Of a stretch of 64,000 bases of DNA, positions 50,290 to 63,574 are shown piece by piece (within the stretch, counting starts at the first letter, position 1; each line of letters opens with the position of its first letter). Both the position numbers and the translations under genes were made by a program. The stretch spans positions 78,978,676-79,042,675 of the forward strand of contig NC_057718.1 in assembly GCF_004010195.1 (NCBI RefSeq), given 5' to 3'. The notes below the pieces were generated by a model. It was not told the origin of the DNA. It made no database searches and was given only the letters and a program-made list of their open reading frames with translations. The stretch is from Chiloscyllium plagiosum. Its lineage: Eukaryota.

Positions 50290-51430
50290 ACAAGTGGTGC
50301 AGAGCAATCCAACTACTTAGAGCATTCCAGGGCACTGAGGCCAGACCTGAGCTTTGCAACACTGAGGACTGATGGAACTTCAGCATGTAGTGATACTTTG
50401 TGTTGAGTATGGAGGGTCTACACAGCTTGATGCAGTCACACACAAAGGTGGCCAGCTTTGAGTATGTCCTGTTCTCTTATCCCCACGCACGTAGAGGCAG
50501 GACCATACGATCCAGAGTTTTGAATGGTGTCCTTGCAGACACGGTCCATCTTTGACCTTCAGATGAAGTGGAGGATGACTCAGCTGAATGAATTGGCACA
50601 GGCTTAGGGAATGGACCAGATCTACATAGCACGTAAACTAAGAGTACCTCCCATCTGGTGACCAGGTTTTTTTTAAAACTGTAATCGAAAGGGAGCGGAC
50701 ATCCCATCTGCTAGTTTCTGCCTCACCTTGGCACTGTGCTGCTCCCAAATTTTGCTGCCACACCCTGGCCCCTCCAAACAATATGCCCAGCATCATCAGA
50801 TAATCTGACGAGTTCCCAAAGAAATGGCCTCACTCTTGCTTTGATTTTTACCTTGAACTGGTCACAGGTGCTCATGAGTCTGCACACTTAGAGCAGATTC
50901 GAGCAGAAAACATGTAAGTCCATGTACAGGGAGGGTTTGACCTGCAGGCCTTTGCTGCCTGGAATAGTGACCTTTCTCAGGTTCACATTCTTCCTGGTGC
51001 AAAAAATTGTATGCAACACACAAACAAGGCAGAAGAGAATGGGCAGCTCTGTCCGACTCTAGATCTTATTGGGAAACGGATTCCCATCAATTGATTGAGA
51101 CTGCACTACTGATATTGTTGTGGAGTAGTCAGATCTAATTATGGATTCTGTCCCCAAAGTCCATTTCGGAGAGCATGTCCCTCATGTAGGTGTGCAGTAT
51201 CCTGTCCAAGGCATCCTTCTGAGGCAGGCGTCCACCCTCCTGTCCTGCATTCGTATCCTTGAGAGCGAGGCTCTTTCAAATCTTCCTGCTTTGTATAGCG
51301 CATGTTTGGTTGGGGTGAATCATCCCAAAACAGTCTTGACCAGGTTGGCGATGGTCTCAGATAGGATTTTATAATCTGTATTCAACAGTGAAATTGGTCT
51401 CCAGTTTCTAATTTCCTCCCACTCTTACTT
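50290..51430 (-). mobile_element. L1/Tx1-type LINE RT remnant
   Basis: Minus strand NWRPISLLNTDYKIL (~51365-51408) and ALDRILHTYMRDMLSEMDFG. Confidence 0.75.
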
Positions 51431-54400
51431 CTGCTTCTGATGCCACTCTTTGTTTTTCCCCAATGAGACCTGACTGCAGGTCCCTCTTCCCAACCTGCCT
51501 TGCTGTGATGGTGACTGCAGGCCCTACAGTTTGTTGAAGGAAGCAAAATGAGGTAAGTAATGCTTAGAGATGAAAGTGGAAAGACTTAGTGAGGATATGG
51601 AATCAGCACCTGGTTGGTGGTTAAATAGGGCATTGAGATTATGAAGATCCTGATCTGCTTGAGAAAATGACCAGCGAGGCAGTGGAATTAGTGGCAACTG
51701 TACAGAATCTAGCAGGGATTTAAGAGGATATGATTTAGTTTTGATCTACTAAGCTAAAATGAAACTGCATTGATCTAAGATTGGATTTCTGTGAAGCACC
51801 CTGAGCATATATAGGCAGTGAATTGATTGAGAGGGGTGGTGAGAACATAAGTCTGATTGTTGTTTGTATACATGCAAAATTTGATCTAGCGTGTTGAAGA
51901 TATGCTGAGCATGGACCCTTGGGCACTTGGTAACGGAACGAAATTCAAAAGATCAGCCATTGTTGTGGATGCACTGCTTATAATATAATGGGTAATTGTG
52001 AAACCACCAAAACTAGACCACTTGAGATGGCTAAATGTCCTTGTAATCTGAATAATTTGTTTTGTACATTGAATTAAGATTTACTAGCTTCTGTTTTATC
52101 ATCTGAAGTCATACCATTCTTATCCACATGAATTAACTGTCAAAAGATCTTAAAACCCTTTCTCCATTCTAGACTCTCCATTTTGTCCAATATTACTCTT
52201 CCACACTACCTTAAATAGATAAATGCACGTTGAACCACACAACATATACATAAATTGCTGTTGATGTACAATATTGAAATATTGTGTTTGAAAAGCACAT
52301 TAGCACTTGCGTCTCAGTTGTGTTGTTGTGGAAATTGTTTTAGGCCATTGATTTTGACGTGAAGCAATGTTGAGGAAGCCACTGATACTCCAGAAAGTAT
52401 TTCTGTTAATCCTACACTGCAGAAAAGATTCCTTAATCTGATTCTGTTCTAATGTGTTTCTGGTAAACCCCTTTTATTGTAGAAACTCAAACCTTACTAT
52501 CAGAATTCTAGTGTGACCAGCGCTGTATTTGACATCGGCAGTGAGAAACCGTAAGATGCTCTGACAGACAGCAATTCTATAAAATAAGAGCATTTTGTGC
52601 TCTGGTTCAAAGATTTTGCTAATTATAACCTGCATAATCCAACAATTCATTACATGCAATGTGTAATTCCTTTACAATTTTGAAAAAAAACAGCATAAAT
52701 GTTAATGGGGATTTTTACACATCAAATGAGACCCAGCATGGTCTGTAAATCTAATACAAGATACTTAGTGTGAAATTGCAATTTAAAGTATCTAAGTGGA
52801 GTTATTAATATATAATTAGAATGAAAAGGATGTGTTAAACCCTGTGGCCTTTTACATAGTACTGTGAATGGTTTCACATACTGCCAGTGCATTCCTTTTA
52901 AAGCAATTAAATATTTAGTATTACAAAAGCTTCATTTCCCTTTGCATTCTGAATAAATTAGTTATTAAATTTATTTTTACTCTGTTTGTCCACTAGAATA
53001 ACTCCAGATAATGTGGGAATAATACAATATGCAGCTGTCATCACACTGGGTAGGCTCACAGATGGACTTTAATGACATTTGAAGCTCGTATGAGAGCCCA
53101 TCTTTTTTTGGGTAAGGGTCCTAAGTTCAATTCAGTTCCTAACCAGGGTAAAAGTTAAATGCATTTAGATTTTTTATATATATATATGTTGCTGCTTAAC
53201 ATTGCAATATCCATTTAATGACAATTGTGGCTATCTTTGGGTACATAACTACTTTCTCTTGAGAAATAAATTGAAAAGACCTCTACCTGTAGGATTGATC
53301 AAACTTGGGGCCATTCCAGCATGATTTGTGAAAATCCATTTTAGATCACAGCTAAGAGTCAACGTTCTCTCATGGTTTTATATGTAGAGTTGTATCTCCT
53401 AAGTTACAGAAATTGATCCGATTTATCAATTCTTAATTATTCATTCGGCTTCAGTAGCAGTTTGAGGTAGAGGTTACCAATTCCAGTGCCATTAGAAATG
53501 GTTCTTTTCAGGCAAAAGTTCAGTATATGCGTGTTGGTCTGACTTGGGTAGCCATAATCTTAAATTGAGCTGTTTTTCATGTTGCACTTAACAGAATAAG
53601 TGACCACTGTCATAGTCAGTTGGTTTAAAGATTATCTGGACTTTCTCTGGAAGGTTGAAACCTGGACAACGACATCTTGTCAGTTACCTAGCTTACCCTA
53701 AGAGGTAGGGCTGTTGCTATTTTGTAGTTTGGTGTGTATGCCAGTGGGACTTTGAGACAAGTACATGGTTTTATTATATGCTCCATTATACTTTGTTAGC
53801 TATCCACTATTGAATGTATTTGTGGAGGGTGATTTCCCTGTGGACAGCAGCAGGTGAGTATGTATTAGTGAAGGAAACCGCTTGAGCTGTGTTGATCTCA
53901 TTTGTTAAGTTTCTTTTATATGTTGTTGGCTGTTGACTGGAATCGTCAGTAACTTCGCTTTTAAGAAATAAATTGTCACCTACCAACCTATTGAAACATT
54001 TGGACACTTAAACACTTGCCTCAATATGGTAGCTACTGTTGTGAAAAAGGTTAATATGTTCATCCCTTGTTAACCCCATAATCTGCAGGTATTCCTTTTG
54101 ATGCTTCAGCGGACATCAGAAAAATTATCAAAGGGTCAAGTTGCAAAAACCTTCATGAATAGTGTAAATATGCTTGGCGTTGATCCTGACTGGATCATTT
54201 GGGCCCATATTTTAGATTGCCATGTAGAATCTATGGAAAACCTACTTGTTAAATCTTAAAATTTTCCCTCTCCTTCCTTTCTGTATAATCAGGAAGACGA
54301 AAGGAAATTCTAGAAGTTTCCTATGGAGCATAGAGGCTAGTGTAGGCCACTCAGCCTCTAAAGCTTGTTCTGCCATGGGTGAAATGTATGTGTGCTCTCT

Positions 54401-54431
54401 TATCTTTCACTCCATATCTTTTTATGCCATT

Positions 54432-54616
54432 ATAAAAGAAAAGTACTGCAAATGCTGGAGATTTGAAGAAAGAACAGTGCTGGAAGATCTCTGCAGATAT
54501 AGTTGAGTTCACATGTCAAGTCTAATATGACTCTTCTGTGGACTCAATGTTAACTTAGTTTCACTCTCCACTGATGCTGCGAGACTTGCTGAGTTTCTCT
54601 AGCATTGCTGTTTCTA
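54432..54616. mobile_element. Degenerate Penelope pLTR fold-back inside a CR1 3' fragment
   Basis: tactgcaaatgctggaga...gtgctggaagatctc and the inverted ...gctgagtttctctagcattgctgtt. Confidence 0.5.
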
Positions 54617-56246
54617 GCCCTTCATTTCATTGCCTAATAAAAATCTATCAATCCATCTTAAAGGTAAATTGCTCAGCATCCATAACCTTTTGAAAAAATA
54701 CAGATTTCAACTGTTGCATGAACACCAGATAATTAATGCCTAATTGCATTTTGTGAAAAATCATACAGTTTTGACCTTTGTGGAATACTGTGGGAGCTCA
54801 ACTAATGTGGCTGCTGTTGCTTGTACAATGGAGGTATTATATGTTCTTACAGTACTGTTCCATTGCGCCTGATTATGGGAGCACTGGCTGAAGAACAGAA
54901 TTATAAAGTATTTCTGTAACAGAAGTAGTATTGGCTTTGACTGTGTGTTGCGTGCTGAAGTTTTTAAATATTTCCAGCATCAGATAAAACCTTTCCATGA
55001 CAGAATCAGATAAATTAATACTTTGCAACATTTTATTTTGTACCAAACTTATATTTCATCAGGCTGACAGTAAACTGAAGGCAATTGTGTAGATTGTAAT
55101 GGCAGGAGAGCAGTTGAAAAGACTAGACTAGCCCGAAGGAGGAGAGATCAGGCAGAAGATTGTGGTAGTTGAGCAGGGTATAAGCTGTGGGACTGTATAG
55201 TTAGTTCGTGTTTTCTTTTGAAACTAAGTGCTTGTTTTGATGTGTATGGGCCAGCACCTCACAGGCTGACGTTACCATGAAAGTTCCGCCTTCTCAATGT
55301 CACCGCTTGCCTGAGGTGTGGCCCTCCTGTTAAACTCACCACAGTTGTCTCTCTCAGCCGAGTCATATGGTCCTGTTGGGGCTATGATAACTTTATCTAT
55401 GCTCCAGGTAGTTGTCGGGTCACACTAGGAGTTTTGAAATAGTAAAAGGAAAATGTAGCAAGATGATTTGTTCTGTTGCATTTTATTCTAAATGGTCATT
55501 TTTCAGTGAGTTATCATATTGTCAGTTCATCTCTGGGACCTCTCTTTAAGCCTAACACAAGACTGAGGTACATAAAAATTGCCTGTCCTCTGAACAAGAA
55601 AGGGGCGGTAGAAATTGAAGATTTGTTTTATAAACAAAGCCTGGGATCTGTTGCTGAATATAGATATATCGATATACTCGGCCTTTGAGATGTTTTACTC
55701 GGAATTGCAAATAAGACAGTTTTCAACAATTGATTCTGGCTCTAACTCTGTACTATAACTATATAGTAGTTATTTCCTATGTTATGGAGATGTTGCTGTT
55801 TTCTTATTATGGGATGTTTGTGAAGATATTTTATTGAGATTTACCCACTTTCTGATAATCCTTGGGATAGAAAATTCATGCTTATCAGTTTTATCATATC
55901 TTCCTCTGAAGTCACCTAAAGGTAATAAGTTGGTTTTTGACAAAATGTGGATTGATCAGGCTTTGGATATAATGATATCACTCTTCAAATTAATTGTAAT
56001 AGTGTTGAGTTGTTTACCTATCATGTCACTTCATTTTATTTTCTCCTTACTGTATTTTGTTTAGTTGTACAAGGAGTAATCAGGTCTGGTATGAACTGAA
56101 AATTGGAACTTTTATTTTCCATTGCTCTCTGTTAAGAGTTGGCCAGTTTGACAATTGAACCTGTCTGTGGTAAAGTATTTAACAAAGAATGGCAATAATG
56201 CTCACTTCTTCCGGAAGATGATTAACTTGTATGCAGTTATAAGTTA

Positions 56247-56426
56247 CAGGTTTTTCTTCTATAATGTGATGGGTACACTCTTGAGCAATCCTGTGCTATA
56301 TAGAGAAACAGCGCTTAGTGTAATTGTGTTACAGCCAACACCCATTTTAAAAGTTCGCACTTGGAAACAGTGACCCTAGTTTGTCAATCGCATTATAGTG
56401 AATTTGCATGATAGCCGAACGACTTA
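56247..56426. mobile_element. Tigger-like MITE (related to 11209)
   Basis: TA|caggtt...tataatg start and cgcattatag...atagccgaacgact end. Confidence 0.5.
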
Positions 56427-56739
56427 TTATAGGCTAGAGTCCAGACCAGATTTATTACAGTTCAAAGGTTTCCAGAAGATGCAGAAGAGTCATTAGTAAT
56501 TCTTCAATGTGCAACTGAGCGAATGTTTTGTTCATAATCCAATGTTTTCCTTAAATTGAAAATAGCAGCAATATGCGTCAGACCACTCATTAAATGGAGT
56601 GAAAAATCAGCTGACATTTGAGTGTCCCCATTAGAACTTGAGGCTGTCTGCTTAGTACAGAGACCCCTCACTGATGGGATATATTTTAAACATTTGCAAG
56701 CCCTGTTGCATAGAAGAGCAATAGCAGTAGATAGGGAAT

Positions 56740-57389
56740 TTTAGAGAAGAATTAGAGCTCAGGTTGTGGATCAAGTTGTCAGTTTGTTCGCTGAACTGGT
56801 GGGTTTATTTTCAGATGTTTCATCACTATACTAAGTAACATCTAGTGATCCAAGCTTCTAGTGAAGCATTAGTGTTCGGTCCTGCTTTTGCTGTGTCTTA
56901 GTTTGTTGTGGTGTGTGATATAATTTCTGGTTCTGTTCCTCAGAAGTTGGTAAATGCAGTCCAAATCTGTGTGTGTTAATGAGTTGCGGTTTCTATGCCA
57001 CACATTTAAGAATTCCTGCGCATGTCTTTGTTTGGCCCGCCTCGGGGTGGATGCATTCTCCTGGTCGAACTGGTGACCATCTTCACAGACAAAGAGGGAC
57101 ACCAGTTCGACTGGGACAGGCCAAACAAAGACATGCGAGGGAATTCCTAGAGGCCTGGCATTCAAACTGGAACTCCATTAACAAGCACACAGATTTGAAC
57201 GGCATTTGCCAACTTATGAGAAACAACTGGAAATTACATCTCGCACCACAACAGACCAAGACACACACACAGCAAGCGGGACTGAACACCAACGCTTCAC
57301 CGGAGGCTCACTGATGATGTTGTTACCTAGCATAGTGATGAAATATCTGAAAACAAACCCACCAGCTGAACGAGCAAACTCCCAACCTG
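56740..57389. mobile_element. Penelope (family C) fold-back with ~300-bp arms
   Basis: AKQRHA(Q/R)EFLxxWH encoded on both strands; hammerhead-like CTGATGA...GAAA at 57311-57343; pivot near 57083. Confidence 0.85.
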
Positions 57390-59310
57390 TTAGAAGAGAA
57401 TTTGTGGGATGTGGTGCTCCCATGTAAATTGCATGCCAACTGATTTGGAGCTAGAACTGTCAGCTGCATCAAAATCTTAGGTGTGTTTCTAATAGCTCTG
57501 CGAGTGTACACATGCCATGTGGCCTCTGGCTCACTGCCACCTAAATCAAGGGCAATAAATTCTGGCCTTGCTCATCCCAAGCGCAGACTTTGAAGAAACA
57601 AAATCTTTTAGTTGTTTTAAGTTTATGACATGTTCAGTTTTATGCTTTTTATTACCCAGAATCAGAGGACAGAGCTGATGCATGACATTTTTTAATGCAG
57701 TTACGTTATGATTTGGAATACATTGTCTGAAAGTGGGATGGAAGCAGATTGAGTGGTAACTTTGGAGAAGGGGCAGAGGAATTAAATTGGGTATTATTCC
57801 AAAGAGCCAGCAAAGTTCCAATGCACTGAATGGCTTTCCATATACTATGATTCCATGATGTCCTTTATAGCTGCTTATTGCAAACTCTTGATCTCTATAG
57901 TAGTAATAAGTAAATGGCTCATTGTAGAGGTATGTATGACTCCACCTTGGTAAGATAAACAGAGCTAACATATGGCAGCAGACTTGATATTTTTGCGTTG
58001 GATCCATTTGTCCAGTTTCTTTTTGGGCAGTAATGTTCCGTTAGGATTGCAAATACATAGTTGTCCAAGTTAGTCCTTTTAAAAAAAATCAAGTAGGACT
58101 TTTGTAAAACCAGTGCCATAAGACACACTAGTTTGTCTAAAATTAATGGTTATTGAATTTATAGTTAAAACGCTCTGTCCCCTCAAGTGAAGGTAACCTT
58201 TACCATAGCTAATTCATAAATTAATCGTGCCTATTTCTGTTGTATGGTTAGCCATTTTAAACTTTGTGAAAGAGTTTTTGCCTTGGATTTCATATTTTTA
58301 TATTTTATTGCTTGCACTTTTAAATGACGTGAAAGCAAAGACGAAATAGCAAAACAATTTGAGCTTTGTTGCAGTTTGTGTTATCAAAACTTGTACTGGT
58401 TTTAGATGGATGAAAACTCAGCTGCAACTTTCTTGGCCCTTCCCTTATTTAAAATCTACCCTGATGAATAGCAGGAATTGTGCTCTGATGGTTCAATAAT
58501 TTCTTTTTGTAGCAGTTTCAGTTGACTTGTTGGCTATAGTGTTGTAGTAATTCTGCGCTCTCAATGAAATTAATTATTCAAGTTCATGCCGCAGGCTGAT
58601 TAAGTATTTTCCACTGTTGGTTTTATAATTAAGTAACATATCATCAAAGCTTTTACGTTAATGTGATTCAGCCTTATTTGAAGGTGAGTTGAGTGCAAAT
58701 TTCTGTTTTATGATGCTACCCAATACTCATTCCATAGACTGTCAGCCTTTGGCTCTGGTGACCAAAGGAAAACATATTTTGTTATGGGAACTGAATTAAA
58801 AAATGAAATATGTTTATTTCTTGCATGATTGCTGTTCTTTTTATAGTTTAGTGATGTGGTTAATTATGGCTTCAACATTAACCAATTATTAAAGTTAAGC
58901 AAATATTTTATATTGCTTCTATTAATTTGATATTTATTGATATTGTTAGAACTAATCAGGTTGCGTATTTTACTATTGACAGTTTCAGGTCTGACTAAAT
59001 ATATCCCTGCTTTAGCATTCCAAATGTGCCCATTTGCCTCTACTTACAATTTAAAGTTTTCATTTTGATATATAATATATAGCTATTAAATATTATAATC
59101 CCAGTTTGGAAAATATTGGGCAAACCTGATATTTTTAAAAATCTGGTTGTTAGACCATAAACCACGTCAAGAATACAAAGTGTGGAATATTCCTAGAGTA
59201 CTGACCTTTGACAATGTTGGAAATGAAGTCCCTTTAAAAATTGACCAGAGCGCACACTAGAGATAATGGAGAGCCGTTGATGCTCATTGGAACATACATT
59301 TAGGGGCTGG

Positions 59311-59425
59311 TGGGCTCCTGTGGCACAATGGTGGTATCCCTATCTCTGGACTAGAAGGCCCAGGTTTAAATTCCACGTGCTCCAATCATATGTGATAACA
59401 TCTCTGAACAGGTTGATTAGGAAAT
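59311..59425 (+). mobile_element. Short tRNA-derived SINE
   Basis: Similar to 21511-21628, including aacatctctgaacaggttg. Confidence 0.7.
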
Positions 59426-61062
59426 TTAGAAAAGGCTGTTTTCTTCATTAGGGTGGTTGGTTCAAAAAGAGATAACCTATTGGAGCTTGTATTGAACTAT
59501 GAAATGCAAATAACAGTTGTAGAAAGCTGACTTCTGTTTTCTGCTTTGGTAAATGGGCGCTCAGCAATACAATGTGACAGTAGAGGATTAATTTTGATCC
59601 GTTCACATAGGAAGATAATTTTTTATCTGACAAAAGTATTGCTTCCAGGACTTCCTGATGCAAAACAACCTGAGTCATGTTTTCGGTGGTCTAACTATGA
59701 TCACCCGCTTATTTTTTTGGAATTTGAATCGTGGAAACAATGGAGGAATGAAATGTAAATCTGAACTCTATTTCCGTATCCAAGAGGAAATGAGGAATGG
59801 ATTTGGATTTGTCTTTAACTGGAAAAAGTAAAGTGTTTTCAGAACTGAATGAAAGCTACTTTGATGCTGAAGATTTACAAGAGAGCTAATTTGTCGGATG
59901 TCTACGAGAAGTGGTCGACTTCCGATAATTTAAGGTGACGGCCAATCAGCCCGTGGAACGATAAATCATGAATTTTGATTACTTTTCAGTCTTTAATCTA
60001 ACATCAGAATACTGGAGTCTGTGCTTTAAAATTATTTTACACTTATTAAACATTTGGATAGATATTTGATTTTGACTGGTCTACGTTCTGTGGTAATGAT
60101 TCTCTTCTCTTTTAAAACAAATGGCTGCTGCCCTAAACCAATTCAATTCCAGCTACCTTTTTGTCACAAATTAGAGATTCTGCAGTGGTACAGAGAATGG
60201 AGGACTCCATGGTTTTTGACTTTCAAGATCATTGGAGCCTTGCCATAGACACTTGTCAGCAACATCCTCTTGATACAAGTATTCTGAGATCGTTTGTACT
60301 TTTATTGGATGGTGTGGATCAGGACAATGCATGAGATTTGGATTGCCACCAAAAACAATGGAATCCTAACAATACACAAGGAGTGATCAATAGGCATTTT
60401 CACTGTAAGTCAAGGTATGCAAGGAATTGTCCTAAAACCAGGAACAGGAATTCACTTCAAATATATTAAACAGGTGGTTCTGTTGATGCTCATTGCGGCA
60501 TACATTTAAGGGCTGTGGTGGGCTTTTGTGGCACAATGATGGTATCTCTACCTCTGGACTAGGAGAAAAAAAGATCCACAAATATTGTATCAGTTGTTCA
60601 GAATTGAAATTGAGCCGTGAATATCTTTGTCTGCAGTTTATTCAATTATGCTTTATTGGATGATGGATGTACCTCAGTGTAGCATTAATTGGAAAACTCT
60701 TAGTTCAAAAGCTTTGACTAAGCAAATTAATGTACAGTTAAAGAATACAAAAGCACCACCTGCTTTATTTTGAGGGGTGATAGGAGGACCATTCCAATAT
60801 TAATGTACTATGAGATCTAAATGGAAAAAGCTGAATTCCAGAGATCAGGTTAGAGTGATTACTTTTGACATCAATGAGCTGTAGCGATACTGGAATCAAT
60901 GGAGAAAAGCTCTGCTGTTGGAGTCATTCCTGGCCCATTAGAAGATGGTTGTGGTTTTTGGAGGCCAATCATCTCAGTTCATGACATCGTTGCAGGATTT
61001 GCTAATGATAGTGACCTAGGTCCAGCTACCTTCAGCTGCTTCATCTGTGACTGTTCCCCATT

Positions 61063-61236
61063 TAGAAGAACCTCGATTATGCGAAGGACACAGGCAGGGA
61101 ATATTTCATTCAGTTAGTCGAAATTCAGATAATCGAATGCTGGATAACATAATTTAACCGAGCATCGGGATCTTGTGATTTTGCCAGATAATCTGATATT
61201 CAGATAATCGAATGCCAGATAATCGAGGTTCCTCTG
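61063..61236. mobile_element. Tigger-like MITE, inverted sibling of 45998
   Basis: Termini agaacctcgattat / gataatcgaggttcctctg|TA. Confidence 0.85.
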
Positions 61237-61494
61237 TATAAGGTCAGAGTTGGAGATGTCTGCTAATGTTCAGCACCATTCGTGCTGCTGCATGTATTGA
61301 AGCAGTCCATGTCCAAATGCAGCAAGGCGTGGACAATAGCTAAGCTTGGGCTAAAAAATCAAAAGTAATATTGCTGCCACAAATGCCAGGCAATGATCAT
61401 CTCCAAAACGATAATCTAGCCATTGCCTCTTTACATTCAATGGCATAACCATCACTGAGCCCCCGACTATCAACATTCTAGCAGGAAAGGGTGT

Positions 61495-61645
61495 TGGTGA
61501 GGACTGCAGATGCTGGAGAGTCATAGTTGATAAAGTGTGGCACTTGAAAAGGCACAGCAGGTCAAGCAGCATCCGAGGGGCAAGAAAGTTGACATTTTGG
61601 GCATAACCCTTCATCAGGACTGGGGAGGGGGAAGGGGGCTGACAA
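61495..61645 (-). mobile_element. Penelope pLTR fragment (family B)
   Basis: gtgaggactgcagatgctgg...gggcataacccttcatcagg. Confidence 0.75.
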
Positions 61646-62356
61646 GAGTAGAGGATATTTAATACAGATATGAGAACATCACCATCTGCAAATGATCCCT
61701 TCCAAGCCACTCACCGACCTGATTTGGAAATATATTACTGTTTCTTCACTGTCACTGAGTCAAAATTCTGGAATTGCCTCCCTAATGACATGGTGAACCA
61801 ACCTAGGGTGCATGTACTTCTATCAGCACCAATGTGGTCCTGAATGACTTAGCATTATTGCTTGAACATCTTTGAGAAGAGCAAAGATGAAGTTCACTGA
61901 ATAAGGATGTTGTTCTATTCAGTTGAAGAATCAGTGTCTCTCACTTAGAAAATTGGCCCCTGGAAATGAGTCTGACCAGCAAGAGGATGATCCAAATGTT
62001 GCATAGATGGTTTTCCCACCCATCATCACAAAATTAAAAGCAGCTGCTACCGGATGCTGGAGGTGCAGTTAAAGAAGTTGAATCCCTTGTTCAACAAATC
62101 AATATATCCTTTTTTGGAAGACCCCACCATACCAAGTTGTAAATGTCCCATTAGCCCAGGAATTTAATGAAACGCTGTTTATGAACCTGAATGTATGGGG
62201 CATAGGATTAAAATATTTGTTACATTTTGTAGATATGGCTATTAGATTCAGCGTTATCTACTGTAATAAGCAACAAAGAGAAATAGACAATAATGGATTT
62301 TTTATGGATAAGTGAGTTGGCATAACTCCAGAGTGCCAACAAGATTTATGACAATT

Positions 62357-62515
62357 ACAACATTTAAAAGGTATTTGGATGGGTATATGAATAGGAACGA
62401 TTTAGAGGGATATGTGTCAAGTACTGGCAAATGGGCTAGATTAGTTTAGGATATCTGGTCAGCGAGGACAAGTTGAACCTAAGGGTCTGTTTCCATGCTT
62501 TACATCTCTGACTCT
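62357..62515 (+). mobile_element. HER1/CR1 3' tail inserted in the copia integrase
   Basis: acaacatttaaaaggtatttggatggg...gggtctgtttccatgct...tgactcta. Confidence 0.8.
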
Positions 62516-63574
62516 AACACATGAGAATATGCAAAAGATTTTTCTTTGGACATGTGCAAATACTTAAATATAGTAATGCCAATGAACATTGCAGAAAGTC
62601 CATTTGACAATGGTTTGGGTAAAAGAAATCATGCAGTAGCTGATGACATGTAATCCAAGATGAATTGAATTATCAGCTTCATTTTCTCTACCCACTTAAA
62701 TGTGCTATACGATGGCAAGACAGAGTTTATCAAAGTTGCAAGCATGAGAAAAAATTCAGAGAACATTACACTTCATTCAGCCATTTTGGGGAACTTCTGT
62801 TTTCATGACCGGGTTTACAACTAGTGGACTTAAGGAATGGAAAAGTCTGTGAAAAAAATTAGAGGATGTGATGGGAAGGCTCTTAACAGTATAACATGGG
62901 AAACAGACCATAAAAGCACATTCCCGACAAGTAGTAAAGGTGCATTATGCATTTTCACGAAGATGATAATAAAATGGCACATTGGGTGTTTCTTGTGATG
63001 TGGAATACAGAGGGGGGAGATTTGGAATTTCAAATGTTTGGCACAGATGCATGTGCTAATCGTGGCGAGTGAGATTGTCTGCCTGAAGTGGGTTCAGGTG
63101 TGGTGTGCCAGCCAGAAGGATCAGAATATTGGAGAAAGGCCCTGCATTGAGCTGGTAGGTCTATGGGCAAATACAAAAATTGCTTAATTATCCAAAAGGA
63201 AGCTAGAGAGATATGAGGGCATTGGAGTGGAGTCATAATTTGAGAGATATGCATCACTAAGAGAAAGAGAGTGATTTATAGCCAATCTTGACAGGAATAG
63301 TCTACAGAGACCTCAATAAATCAGGTGACAAGCCAAAGAAAATGCACAGAACCACAAATCCCAGTGATTGAGAGGCATTTGTAACTGCCACTAGATTAGA
63401 AGACCGTATTTGGTGAACTAAACAACACATCTTAGAGAAAAAAGATAGCAATTGTTTTAGCCAAGGTTTTTGCCAAAGTAGGGTTCCAAAGCATGTCCGA
63501 TTTGGAGGAAAATGGAAGCAGGCAAACAATCCACGTATTTTTAAGTGCAGAGTCAGCATAGATGTACGCCACAG

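Larger units (their letters stand above)
60860..61810 (+). mobile_element. CR1/L2-group LINE RT remnant inserted in the copia element
   Basis: LGPATFSCFICD and related RT-region DNA; hosts a MITE and a Penelope fragment. Confidence 0.65.
59215..63570 (+). mobile_element. Decayed Ty1/copia-type (GalEa-like) LTR retrotransposon with nested insertions
   Basis: gag-like HPLIF..ESWKQWRNEM (~59700); protease FNYALLDDGCTSV (60641-60679); integrase LHRWFSHP (~61998), PLAQEFNETLFMNL..LLHFVDMAIRFS (62148-62252), AESPFDNGLGKRNHAV (~62590). Integrase follows protease directly. Confidence 0.7.
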
